Assembly: GCA_030649735.1 (NCBI GenBank)
Contig: JAUSFL010000018.1
Location: 1 to 51,622 of the forward strand
Source of the DNA: Candidatus Iainarchaeum sp.
GTDB taxonomy: Archaea > Iainarchaeota > Iainarchaeia > Iainarchaeales > UBA10191
Reading direction: 5' to 3'
DNA length: 51,622 bases
Below, piece after piece: positions 35,099 through 44,278 of this stretch (its first letter is position 1; each line of letters opens with the position of its first letter). Under the pieces are notes generated by a model that was not told where the DNA came from, did no database searches, and saw only the letters and a program-made list of their open reading frames with translations. The position numbers were made by a program, and so were the translations under genes.

Positions 35099-35959
35099 AT
35101 GAACGAGCATAATGCGTTGGTAGTGTTTCAGGACAAAAAAATCCGGAGAACCTGGCACGAAAACGAATGGCATTTTTCAGTGATTGACGTTGTCGCAGCA
35201 TTAACTGAAAGTGATAATCCTCGAAATTACTGGCATATGATTAAGATAAGGGAAAAAGAAGCTGGAATCGAACTGTCCACATTTTGTGTACAGTTGAAAC
35301 TCACTGCAGAAGATGGAAAATTAAGAGAAACAGACTGCGCCAATACAAGAAGCATGTTCCGCGTAATTCAGTCAATCCCCTCGCCAAAAGCAGAACCATT
35401 CAAGCAATGGCTCGCCCAAGTGGGCTTCGAAAGAGTCCAAGAGATAGAAAATCCAGAACTTGCGCAAAAACGCATGAAAGAAATTTACCAAGCAAAAGGA
35501 TACTCTGAAGACTGGATTGAAAAAAGAGTCCGTGGAATAGCAGTCCGTCAAGAACTCACTGATGAATGGAAAAAGCGAGGAGTGCAAGAAAGCAAAGAAT
35601 TTGCGATTTTAACAAATGAAATAAGCAAGGCAACTTTCGGCAAGACAGTGGAAGAATACAGGCAATTCAAAAGCCTTTCAAAACAAAACCTCCGAGACCA
35701 CATGACAGACCTGGAACTGATTTTTTCAATGCTTGGCGAACGCGCCACAACAGAAATTACCCGGACAAAAAACTCGCAAGGCTTTGACGAAAATTCAACC
35801 GCAGCACGCAAAGGCGGCAAAATTGCGGGAGATGCGCGCAAAAAACTTGAGATAGAAACAAAAAAGCAAGTTGCAAGCAAAGAAAACTACCTGCAAGAAC
35901 CAGAAAAAGAAAAGCGAAAAAGACTAGCAGACCCTAAAATGAGTGGTAGGAAAGATTGA
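35099..35959 (+). CDS. Bro-N domain (phage antirepressor-like) protein
   Basis: IRRTW.ENEW.FSVIDVV..LT.S..PRNYW, QSIPSPKAEPFKQWLA, LRDHMTDLEL. Confidence 0.88.
   Translation: MNEHNALVVFQDKKIRRTWHENEWHFSVIDVVAALTESDNPRNYWHMIKIREKEAGIELSTFCVQLKLTAEDGKLRETDCANTRSMFRVIQSIPSPKAEPFKQWLAQVGFERVQEIENPELAQKRMKEIYQAKGYSEDWIEKRVRGIAVRQELTDEWKKRGVQESKEFAILTNEISKATFGKTVEEYRQFKSLSKQNLRDHMTDLELIFSMLGERATTEITRTKNSQGFDENSTAARKGGKIAGDARKKLEIETKKQVASKENYLQEPEKEKRKRLADPKMSGRKD
35935..35959 (+). repeat. Degenerate direct repeat, copy 2 (Bro-N 3' end)
   Basis: TAAAATGAGTGGTAGGAAAGATTGA. Confidence 0.7.
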
Positions 35960-36379
35960 GTGGTGTTTTCATTGACTGAATTCAAACACATTGCAAAAGA
36001 CGTTCAGGAAGATAGAAAAGTAGTTTTCACAGCACAGTCTGCAAGAAACTTTCACCAACGAATGCTAATCTGCAAGTTTGCCTTCGGGCAAGGTGTTGTT
36101 CCAGTAAACCCGTTCAACACTTTCGGATACTACTTGTACGAGCTTGTTGACAGAAATGCAGTAAGGAACGGCAATAATAATCTCCTGAAGCGCTGTGACG
36201 AGCTCTGGGTTTTTGGAGAAATAAGCAATGGAGTGCTGGCCGAAATTCAAATGTTCAAAAAACTGGGCAAGCCAATAAAATACTTTGACATTTCACAATT
36301 GCCTGAAAGCATTGTGGAAATTGCCAAGGAAAAAGCAATAATGGAAGAAGACACTGAGCAATTCAAGAACGAATTATAA
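35960..36379 (+). CDS. DUF4406-like / nucleoside 2-deoxyribosyltransferase-like fold protein
   Basis: G.VPVNP, LLKRCDELWVFGEISNGVLAEI...GKPIKYF. Confidence 0.75.
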   Translation: MVFSLTEFKHIAKDVQEDRKVVFTAQSARNFHQRMLICKFAFGQGVVPVNPFNTFGYYLYELVDRNAVRNGNNNLLKRCDELWVFGEISNGVLAEIQMFKKLGKPIKYFDISQLPESIVEIAKEKAIMEEDTEQFKNEL

Positions 36380-36430
36380 TCAAGCTCTAAATTGAAGGCT
36401 TTTTAAAAACAACCAAATCCAGTTTCTATC

Positions 36431-37234
36431 ATGAACTCAAAGCTGATTGCAGAATTAGTAATAGTGTTCTTGATTGTGCAGTCCTTGGGACTGTATGTTG
36501 CAAGCTCGCTCGTGGCACAGGACGTGCATGCGACAATTGTTTCAGACAATCCGGACGACATTGCAAACACTGCCGGGCTTTTGCTTTACATTCTCTCTTT
36601 CACGGTGATTTTGCTTTTGGTGATAAAATTCTTCAAGGCAAAAACAAGTTATTTGGTTTTGAAGGCTTTTGAAACTCTCGCGATTTTTGGAAGCTCTGTC
36701 ATTGTTTTCTCAATATTCTTTGGAGACGCTTTCGGGCTTGCGCTGGCATTGCTTTTGGTTGCATTAAGGATTGGAGTTTCAAAAAACATTTGGATACGGA
36801 ACATTGCAAGCATGATTGCAGTTGTTGGAGCAGGCTCCTTGATTGGAGTTTCCTTGGGAATAATCCCAATAATTCTTTTCATTGTTGCATTGATAATTTA
36901 CGATTACATTGCAGTCTTCAAAACCAAGCACATGGTGAGCATTGCAAAGGCAGTCGTTGACAAAAACCTGGCCTTCACTATTGCCTTGCCGACAAAAGAG
37001 CACAAGTTCGAGCTGGGCACTGGAGACCTTGTGATTCCTTTAGTGTTTGCAAGCGCGTCAGTGCAAAATTCCGGAATGATTGCGGGAATTTTTGTTCTTG
37101 CAGGATCATTGGCTGGACTGCTTTTGACAATTGACTACAGCAGCAAGCATGTTGGAAAAGCCTTGCCTGCAATTCCACTGCAGGGAATTTTCATGATTGC
37201 GGCCTTTGGAGTGGCAAAAGTTTTGGGGTTTTAA
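36431..37234 (+). CDS. Presenilin-family intramembrane aspartyl protease
   Basis: Multi-TM; YDYIAV.KT.HM, LGTGD, PAIP. Confidence 0.92.
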   Translation: MNSKLIAELVIVFLIVQSLGLYVASSLVAQDVHATIVSDNPDDIANTAGLLLYILSFTVILLLVIKFFKAKTSYLVLKAFETLAIFGSSVIVFSIFFGDAFGLALALLLVALRIGVSKNIWIRNIASMIAVVGAGSLIGVSLGIIPIILFIVALIIYDYIAVFKTKHMVSIAKAVVDKNLAFTIALPTKEHKFELGTGDLVIPLVFASASVQNSGMIAGIFVLAGSLAGLLLTIDYSSKHVGKALPAIPLQGIFMIAAFGVAKVLGF

Positions 37235-37322
37235 GAGGCAAAAACCAGGGTTTTTTCTGAAATTGTTATAAAAACACATTGCCCCACAAAGCTATTTAGA
37301 AGAAAGAAACAGGTTTTGAAAA

Positions 37323-37730
37323 TTGATTGAGTATGAAAAAATGCTTGACAGGCTTTACATGCTTGTTCCAAAAGAAGCCTTGATGAAAGAACGCTTTGAA
37401 ATGACAGAGCCTGACTCGTTCATTCAAGGAAACAAGACACTAGTGAAAAATTTTGGAGTAATCCTGAAGCAAATACGCCGCGAACAAAGGCACTTGCAAA
37501 AGTTCTTGACTAAAGAGCTCGCAACTCCTGCAGGCGTTGAGGAAGGAAGGCTGGTTTTGGGGACAAAGCTTTCAAGAACCCAAGTGATTAACGCCTTCCA
37601 AAACTATGCAAAACAGTACGTGCTTTGCGGAACCTGCGGAAAGCCAGACACTCATTTTGAAGACGTGCAAGGAATCAAGGTCTTGAAGTGCGAAGCCTGC
37701 GGGGCAAGAACAGCAATCAAGAAAATCTGA
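37323..37730 (+). CDS. eif2b: Translation initiation factor aIF2 beta
   Basis: YEKMLDR, ERF, GNKT...NF, KELAT.G, YVLCGTCGKPDT...CEACGA; TTG start. Confidence 0.95.
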   Translation: MIEYEKMLDRLYMLVPKEALMKERFEMTEPDSFIQGNKTLVKNFGVILKQIRREQRHLQKFLTKELATPAGVEEGRLVLGTKLSRTQVINAFQNYAKQYVLCGTCGKPDTHFEDVQGIKVLKCEACGARTAIKKI

Positions 37731-37746
37731 TTTTTAAGGTGAAAGA

Positions 37747-38037
37747 ACGTTCGCTAAAATCCACAACGCGCAAGGAATTGAAGTGCTGGCATGCTGTGAC
37801 AAGGAGCTTGTTGGAAAAACATTGTGCGATGGGGAAATAATTTTTGAAGTGAGGGAAAGATTCTACAAAGGGTTTCCAGTCACTGAAAAAAAGCTTTCAG
37901 GGCTTTTGAAAAATTCGCAAAACGCAAACCTTGTCGGAAAAAAAGCGGTCGGAGTTGCGTTAAAGCAAGGCTTAATAACACAATCAAGCATTAGATTAAT
38001 TCAAGACGTGCCGCACGTTCAAATATTCAAAATTTAA
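37747..38037 (+). CDS. DUF424-family protein, apparent ACG start (ORF track start GTG 37783)
   Basis: (T/M)FAKIH...VLACCDKELVGK...V.ERFY.G...ANLVG..AV; in-frame stop at 37735; GGTGA at 37738-37742. Confidence 0.85.
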   Translation, partial: TFAKIHNAQGIEVLACCDKELVGKTLCDGEIIFEVRERFYKGFPVTEKKLSGLLKNSQNANLVGKKAVGVALKQGLITQSSIRLIQDVPHVQIFKI

Positions 38038-38049
38038 AAAAAAAGCAGA

Positions 38050-38382
38050 GTGAGTGAAAAAATGCCAGCACCAGCACCGCCTGAAGGAGAAGAGCAGTTT
38101 ACTAGGCTGCGCTTGCCGAACAGGAAAGAAGGCGAAATTCTTGGAATTGCAATCCAATTGCACGGCGGAGACCAAATCAAGGTTGCTTGCGAGGACGGCA
38201 AGGAAAGAATGTGCAGGATTCCAGGCAAGCTGAAAAAAAGAGTTTGGATTCGCGAAGGCGATGTTGTAATCATCAGGATTTGGGACTTCCAGCCTTCAAA
38301 GGCAGACATTGTCTGGAGATACTTGGGAATGCAGGTTGAAAGGCTTGAAAGGCAAGGGCTTTTGAAAAACCTGCCGCGTTAA
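38050..38382 (+). CDS. eif1a: Translation initiation factor aIF1A
   Basis: RLRLP...[26 protein letters not shown]...[12 protein letters not shown]. Confidence 0.96.
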   Translation: MSEKMPAPAPPEGEEQFTRLRLPNRKEGEILGIAIQLHGGDQIKVACEDGKERMCRIPGKLKKRVWIREGDVVIIRIWDFQPSKADIVWRYLGMQVERLERQGLLKNLPR

Positions 38383-38384
38383 AA

Positions 38385-38768
38385 GTGAAAAAAATGCCGA
38401 TTTTTAAGAAAGCCAGGAAAACAATTTCTTTAAGGATTCTGAAAGCTTCAAGAAAAAAAACTAGCCCAATGCTCGCGCGGGCAAGAAGCCTGAAAAAAGA
38501 GGCAAGGAATGCAAAAGCAAACGCAAGGCTTGCTTTCCAAATCGGGCAAGGGTATGATTCAACCATCCAAGATTACGGCAGGACAATGCCCAAGGCCGGC
38601 TTTGTGCAGGACGCAAGGGCCAGATTAAGGGAAATGAACTCAAGGCAGGGAAACAATGAAAGAGTTTTCAGGGAAAAAATAAATGCCGCGGATTTTTTGA
38701 AAGCCCAAGCCTTGCAGAAAAGGGCAAGGGCCAAAAGGGCCGCGAAATTCATTGCGGGAAAGCGCTGA
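38385..38768 (+). CDS. Basic, Ala/Lys/Arg-rich orphan protein (start GTG 38385 or ATG 38394)
   Basis: MPIFKKARKTISLRILKASRKK...; fills the gap between aIF1A and rio1. Confidence 0.65.
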   Translation: MKKMPIFKKARKTISLRILKASRKKTSPMLARARSLKKEARNAKANARLAFQIGQGYDSTIQDYGRTMPKAGFVQDARARLREMNSRQGNNERVFREKINAADFLKAQALQKRARAKRAAKFIAGKR

Positions 38769-38772
38769 AAAG

Positions 38773-38780
38773 TTTTATAA
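38773..38780 (+). promoter_or_regulatory. Probable TATA box for leaderless rio1
   Basis: GAAAAG-TTTTATAA, about 24 nt before ATG 38804. Confidence 0.6.
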
Positions 38781-38803
38781 CCAAAAGCAACACTAATTTT
38801 ATC

Positions 38804-39565
38804 ATGCAAGAGAAAGAAGACAAGGAACTGACAAAGGAATTAAAGGACGAGAATGTCCGGAAAGTATTCCAGCGGGTTTTCGATAATCAAACAATCCAGA
38901 CAATCCACTCGCTTGCAATGAAAGGCAATTTCAAGCAGCTTGAAAGCCTGGTGAACGAGGGAAAGGAAGCGCTGGTGTTTCGCGCGACAGACAATTCGGG
39001 CAATTACAAGGCAGTGAAAGTCTACAAAATCACTGCCTCGACTTTCAACAACATGCTGCCTTACATTCAAGGAGACGAAAGATTCAGGAAAATCAAGCAC
39101 GAAAAAAGCGACCTGGTTTTTGCATGGTGCAGGAAAGAATTCAAGAACCTTGAAGCCTGCATGGCAGCCAAAGTCTCGGCGCCAATGCCAATCGCGTTCA
39201 AGGACAACGCTCTGGTGATGGAATTCATTGGGGATTCTGAAGGAAATTCAGCGCCAATCCTGAAGACAATTGTTTCAGAGCTTGACTGGCAGGACTGTTA
39301 CAATCAAACCATTGAAGGAATTGCAAGAATGTTCTACAAGGCAAAAATTGTTCACGCCGATTTGTCAGAGTACAATTTGCTTTTCCATGAAGGAAAAATT
39401 GTCTTCATTGACGTCGGGCAGGCAGTTTCACTGTCGCATCCACGGGCAAAAGAGTTTTTGGAAAGGGACTTGAAAAACATCTCGAACTTTTTTTCGAAAA
39501 AAGGCCTTGCGAAAAACGTCCAGGAAATAAAGGAAGACTTGAAAAAAACTAAGGAGTCATTGTGA
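38804..39565 (+). CDS. rio1: RIO1 serine kinase
   Basis: GKEA.VF, AVKVY, YI.GD.RF, W..KEF.NL, VHADLSEYN, IDVGQAV. Confidence 0.95.
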   Translation: MQEKEDKELTKELKDENVRKVFQRVFDNQTIQTIHSLAMKGNFKQLESLVNEGKEALVFRATDNSGNYKAVKVYKITASTFNNMLPYIQGDERFRKIKHEKSDLVFAWCRKEFKNLEACMAAKVSAPMPIAFKDNALVMEFIGDSEGNSAPILKTIVSELDWQDCYNQTIEGIARMFYKAKIVHADLSEYNLLFHEGKIVFIDVGQAVSLSHPRAKEFLERDLKNISNFFSKKGLAKNVQEIKEDLKKTKESL

Positions 39566-40591
39566 ATGCCCTTGAAAAGAAAGGCTTTCGTAATAGCTCC
39601 GTCAAAAGAAAAGGCAGACATTGAAAGAAGGCTTTTTGAAAAATTCAAGGCAGACAAAGGTTCAGGAATTCCGCTTGGAAAATTGCGTGAAATCAAGGGA
39701 GTGAAATTCTCGCAAAAAGGCATTATAATTGATGAAGAAGCCCACCCACTGCTACGGCAAGTAAGAACTATTTCAACACTGGTCAGGAATCCTTTAGAAG
39801 TTGCAAGGGTTGCTGCTGAACGGCTTGCGCTGATAAAGCAATTAAGCCAGCTTGGCTATAGAGTGGCTGTGCCAAAGTACGGAATTTTCAAGGGAAGCAG
39901 GTTTTTTGAAAAGGCAGGAAAGCACGCCAGGATTTTTCCAGCAAGACAGCCAATCAGGGAAAAGAAAGTTATCGAAGGCAGGGAAATCAGCGAAGTCGAC
40001 AACAGCGCCTTGTGGGCCAGGGACTTGTGGACCAAGGTTGAAGGAAAGCGCATAATGCGCTTTTCCAAATCCGGCAAAAACGCGTTCGGAGAAGGCGGAA
40101 AGCTTGTCCAAATTGCAAAGAAGTGCTTTATTGCAAATTTTGATTTGAGGGAAGACCCTAAAGTCAGGGAGCTGCAAAAGAAAGGGTTTAGGTTCTTTTT
40201 TACAAACCGAGGCCAAGCATTTGACCGGCCATTAACCAATTTTCTCGGAAGAAAAACTTATATTTTGTTTGAACATCCTGACTTGTTCGTTGGCTCTGTT
40301 GGAAAAGTAATGCTTGCAGACCATGATTTTTACAGGCAGAACTTGGGCCAAATCAAGGATGCTGCAAGGGCCTCTGGCTTGAAAATAGTTTATGTTCCTG
40401 AAAAAGATGCAGACCTGCATCCTGCAAACTTTCTTCAGCTTGAAGAAAACAAGGTTTTGGTTGACAAGGACGCTGTTGAAACAATAAGTCTTTTGAAAGC
40501 CAACGGCGTTGAAGTCATTCCAACAACAGTTTCTTTAAGGGCAAACCGCAATGCAGGCGGCGGCTTGAGATGCATTGTTAATGAGCTTTAA
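39566..40591 (+). CDS. Pentein (amidinotransferase/arginine deiminase-like) protein with basic N-terminal extension
   Basis: WARD, GEGG, EHPD, ANFLQL, C-terminal GGGLRC. Confidence 0.75.
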   Translation: MPLKRKAFVIAPSKEKADIERRLFEKFKADKGSGIPLGKLREIKGVKFSQKGIIIDEEAHPLLRQVRTISTLVRNPLEVARVAAERLALIKQLSQLGYRVAVPKYGIFKGSRFFEKAGKHARIFPARQPIREKKVIEGREISEVDNSALWARDLWTKVEGKRIMRFSKSGKNAFGEGGKLVQIAKKCFIANFDLREDPKVRELQKKGFRFFFTNRGQAFDRPLTNFLGRKTYILFEHPDLFVGSVGKVMLADHDFYRQNLGQIKDAARASGLKIVYVPEKDADLHPANFLQLEENKVLVDKDAVETISLLKANGVEVIPTTVSLRANRNAGGGLRCIVNEL

Positions 40592-40614
40592 ACATTTCGC
40601 CCCAGGTTTTAGTC

Positions 40615-41154
40615 ATGGAAGAAATCATCCGGGTTCCGAAAGACCGCATTGCAGTATTGATTGGAAAGAGCGGCGAGACAAAAAAAATGCTTGAAAAGGC
40701 GACAAAGACAAAAATCAACATTGATTCCAAAAGCGGCGAGGTTGAAGTTGAAGGGACTTCTGAAAAAGCATTGGAGTTTTACATTACAACGCAAATCGTG
40801 AAGGCAATAGCGCGCGGGTTTTCGCCAGAGCATGCATTGAGGCTTTTGGACGAAAACTACTATTTTGACATCATTGACCTGGAAGATTTTGTGGGAAAAA
40901 GGGAGAAAGAGCTGCAAAGCAAGAAAGGCAGGCTGATTGGAAAGGAAGGAAAAGTGCGCGAAAAAATTGAGGAAGAGACAGGCTGTTTTGTGAGCGTTTA
41001 CGGAAAGACTGTCTCAATAATCGGGACTCCTGAAGGAATGGACTCCTGCAGGAAAAGCATTGAATTGATTTTGAACGGAAGCAGCATTGACACTGCCTTT
41101 GGCGCCTTGAAAAGAAATAGGCTAAGCCAGGATTTTGAAGAATTCGACCTCTAA
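40615..41154 (+). CDS. KH-domain pre-rRNA processing protein Dim2/Pno1
   Basis: RIAVLIGKSG, KAIARGFSPE.A, KGRLIGKEG, VYGKTVSIIG. Confidence 0.93.
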   Translation: MEEIIRVPKDRIAVLIGKSGETKKMLEKATKTKINIDSKSGEVEVEGTSEKALEFYITTQIVKAIARGFSPEHALRLLDENYYFDIIDLEDFVGKREKELQSKKGRLIGKEGKVREKIEEETGCFVSVYGKTVSIIGTPEGMDSCRKSIELILNGSSIDTAFGALKRNRLSQDFEEFDL

Positions 41155-41363
41155 AAACAGGCAAGAATTGGGCTTTTTTGCTAGGCAAGAATATAAACGT
41201 TTTCAAAACCCATCAAGAGTTTGAAAAATTTAAAAACAGGGTTTTTAAAGGTTTTCTACCTAATATTATTGGTGAAAACGCCTGAAATTAAGGTTTTTTT
41301 TCACTATTTTTAGGGAAATTTTGCTTAAAATTCAGCCCAAAAAACAATTAAAGTGAGCCTAAA

Positions 41364-43103
41364 ATGTCCAATGGAAAAACAGTTGAAGCCTTGGCTGACA
41401 AAGCCCAAATAGGAATGACAGCAGATGACTTGGCGAAAGAATTCAAGGAGCATTCAGTCGCTGAATTCTTCAAAAAAAACAGGCAAATGCTTGGCTTGAC
41501 TGGAAAAATCAAGACTTTGACAGTCATAGTCCACGAGTATGTTTCAAACGCCTTGGACGCTTGCGAAGAGGCAAAAATCCTGCCTGAAATTGAAGTGAAG
41601 CTTTCAGAAATCGGCGACGAATATTACGAAATGTACGTTCGCGACAACGGCCCTGGATTGAATAAAGAAACTGTTGGAAAAGCCCTCGGGCAATTGCTGG
41701 CTGGAACAAAATTCCACAGGCTGATCCAGCAAAGAGGACAGCAAGGAATTGGAGCCGCGGGCTGCACAATGTTTTCCCAAATCACCACTGGAAAGCCAAT
41801 TCAAGTGATCAGCGGCACTGGAAAAGGAAAGGCATTCAAGTGCGACTTGACAATTGACCCAAAAATCAACGAGCCAAAAATAATGAATTTGGAATACATT
41901 GACAAGCCATTCCAAGGCGTTGCAATAAAGGCAAAATTCAAGGAAGTAAAGTACCAAAAGTCAGACCAAAGCCCTTTGGAATACTTGAGAAGGACTGCAA
42001 TAGCAAACCCTCACGCCAAGATTTCTTTCACAGAGCCTGACGGGACAACAACAGTGTTTGACAGGAGCAACAAGGAAATTCCAAAAAGGCCAGTGCCAAT
42101 AGCGCCTCACCCTAAAGGAGTGACTATCGACGAGCTTGTGACAATGGCAAAGTACACTAAAAGCCGGAAGGTCTCAAGCTTTTTGAAAGAAGAGCTTGAC
42201 AGAATGGGAGACAAGTCAATTGAAGAAATCGCAAAAGCAGTTGACTTTGACTTGAACACAGACCCTAAAAAGTTGAATTGGGAGCAATGCGAAGAAATAG
42301 TCAAGCAATTCAAGAAAATGACATTCATTGCGCCGCGCCTGGACTCTTTGATTCCGATCGGCGAAGACAGGATTAAAAAAAGCATCAAGTCAATTGTGGA
42401 ACCGGAGTTTTTGGAAGTTGTTGAAAGAAAGCCTTCAGTCTACAAGGGCGGCTTTCCATTCTGCGTTGAAGTTGGAATTGGATATGGCGGAAATGCCGGA
42501 AGAGCGGCCGGAGTTGACGAGGAAGGAAGAAACGTGTGGAAGTCAGAGGTAATGCGCTTTGCGAACAGGACTCCCTTGCTTTTTGACACTGGCGGATGCG
42601 CTTTAAACCAGGCAGTGCAGTCAATTGACTGGAAAAGATATGGCGTTAGGGACTTTGAAAACTCTCCACTGACGATTTTCATCCACTTGCTTTCAGTGCA
42701 CATTCCATACACTGGGGCAGGAAAGCAGGCAGTAAGCCCTGAAGAGGAAATAATGGAAGAAATCCGCCTGGCCTTAATGGAAGCCGGAAGGAAAATTTAC
42801 AGGTTCATTGGATTCCAGAGAAGAATGGCTGAAAAAGAGGCCAAAAAGAAAATGTACTACAAGTACGCGACAGAACTCGCGATTGCAGTTGCAGAAATGA
42901 CAGGCAAGGACAAGGCAGACATTGAAAAAAAACTGCACGACATTGTCTTAAAGCACTTGAAGATTGAAGAGGCCAAGGAAAAGGCCGAAGAGAAAAAATG
43001 GGACACTATTTCAGAAGACAAAATAGAAAAAGACTTCGAAAAAACAAAAGAGAAAGAAAAAAAGAAGGCATTAAAAGGCAAGAAAAAGAGTGACGAAGAT
43101 TAA
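41364..43103 (+). CDS. top6B: DNA topoisomerase VI subunit B
   Basis: SVAEFF.KNRQMLG, E..NALDACEE, DNGPG, RGQQGIG, RFANRTPLL. Confidence 0.97.
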   Translation: MSNGKTVEALADKAQIGMTADDLAKEFKEHSVAEFFKKNRQMLGLTGKIKTLTVIVHEYVSNALDACEEAKILPEIEVKLSEIGDEYYEMYVRDNGPGLNKETVGKALGQLLAGTKFHRLIQQRGQQGIGAAGCTMFSQITTGKPIQVISGTGKGKAFKCDLTIDPKINEPKIMNLEYIDKPFQGVAIKAKFKEVKYQKSDQSPLEYLRRTAIANPHAKISFTEPDGTTTVFDRSNKEIPKRPVPIAPHPKGVTIDELVTMAKYTKSRKVSSFLKEELDRMGDKSIEEIAKAVDFDLNTDPKKLNWEQCEEIVKQFKKMTFIAPRLDSLIPIGEDRIKKSIKSIVEPEFLEVVERKPSVYKGGFPFCVEVGIGYGGNAGRAAGVDEEGRNVWKSEVMRFANRTPLLFDTGGCALNQAVQSIDWKRYGVRDFENSPLTIFIHLLSVHIPYTGAGKQAVSPEEEIMEEIRLALMEAGRKIYRFIGFQRRMAEKEAKKKMYYKYATELAIAVAEMTGKDKADIEKKLHDIVLKHLKIEEAKEKAEEKKWDTISEDKIEKDFEKTKEKEKKKALKGKKKSDED

Positions 43104-43115
43104 GAGTGATTTTTT

Positions 43116-44225
43116 ATGGCAAAAACAGAAATGACAAAAAGAGACAAGGAAGTTTCAGACAAGCTCCAAAATGTAGGCACTGAAATTTTAAAGCAAGTGA
43201 ACAAGGGAGAAGGCCCGACTTACCAGCTTCCAGTCAGGACTTTGAACAATGTTTTCTTTGACCAAAAGTCAAAGACAATCAAGCTTGGAGACAAGATGTC
43301 GCAAAGGCAATTCTTGAATGTCGCGCATTCGAGAAAATTCATGCAAACAATCCTTGTGGCCGCTGAAATCAGGAAAGTCATTGACGAGCAGGCGACAGTG
43401 TCAATCCGTGACCTGTATTACGCATTAAAGCACACGATTGCAGGAACTGACGAAAACACATTCGAAGAGCAGGGAGAAAGCGATCCAGTAATTGAAGACA
43501 TTGAAGCATCGCTTGACTTGCTCCGCGAAGAACTGCACTTGGCAGCCTCTGCCAAGGGAATAATTGCGGGAGACTTGAAAATTAAAGACGGAAAAGACAT
43601 GATTGACTTGACAAAAATGGGCTCTGGAGGATGGAGCGTTCCGTCAAACGTGGAGCCAGACAAGCTTGAAATAAAAGATTTGGATGCAGAGTATGTCCTG
43701 TTCATTGAAAAAGAGGCAGTCTGGAGAAGGTTTAACGAAGACCAATACTGGAAAAAAGAAAAATGCATTATCCTGACGGGAAAAGGACAGCCTGGAAGGG
43801 GAGAACGAAGGCTTGCGCAAAGATTGAGCAAAGAGCACAAGCTCCCAATTTATGTTTTGACAGATGCAGACCCTTGGGGAATGTACATTTACTCAGTAAT
43901 AAAGCAAGGCTCTATTTCGCTTTCTTACAGCGAAGAAAAGCTTGCAACTCCGGACGCAAAATTCCTTGGATTGACCACAATGGATGTTGAAAAATTCAAG
44001 ATTCCAAAAGAAGTCACAATAAAATTGAATGCTGAAGACACAGGGCGCTTGAAAGAAATGAGCGCTTACGAATGGTTCAAGAACAAGGAATGGCAGAAAG
44101 AATTCCAGAACATGAAAGACAAGAACTACAAGCTGGAACTTGAAGCATTAAGCCGTAAAGGAATCAGGTTCATTACTGAAACATACGTTCCGGAAAAAAT
44201 CAAGAACAAAGACTTTTTGCCTTGA
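43116..44225 (+). CDS. top6A: DNA topoisomerase VI subunit A
   Basis: SIRDLYY (catalytic Tyr), IEKEAV, GKGQP, TDADPWG, KLELEAL. Confidence 0.97.
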   Translation: MAKTEMTKRDKEVSDKLQNVGTEILKQVNKGEGPTYQLPVRTLNNVFFDQKSKTIKLGDKMSQRQFLNVAHSRKFMQTILVAAEIRKVIDEQATVSIRDLYYALKHTIAGTDENTFEEQGESDPVIEDIEASLDLLREELHLAASAKGIIAGDLKIKDGKDMIDLTKMGSGGWSVPSNVEPDKLEIKDLDAEYVLFIEKEAVWRRFNEDQYWKKEKCIILTGKGQPGRGERRLAQRLSKEHKLPIYVLTDADPWGMYIYSVIKQGSISLSYSEEKLATPDAKFLGLTTMDVEKFKIPKEVTIKLNAEDTGRLKEMSAYEWFKNKEWQKEFQNMKDKNYKLELEALSRKGIRFITETYVPEKIKNKDFLP

Positions 44226-44278
44226 AAAGCAGGTTTTTGCCCAAACAACTTTTATTCTATTCTTGAAACAAAAAATGT

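Noticed and set aside
35957-35962. In-frame TGA-GTG junction (also TGA-ATG at 39563-39568) as stop readthrough or selenocysteine
   Set aside because: Both sides look like complete separate proteins and TGA is a normal stop throughout the window; translational coupling is simpler.
39558-40583. CATTGTGAATG / CATTGTTAATG 10-of-11 repeat flanking the pentein gene as a target-site duplication
   Set aside because: Too short to separate from chance, and the second copy encodes the conserved catalytic C-terminus.
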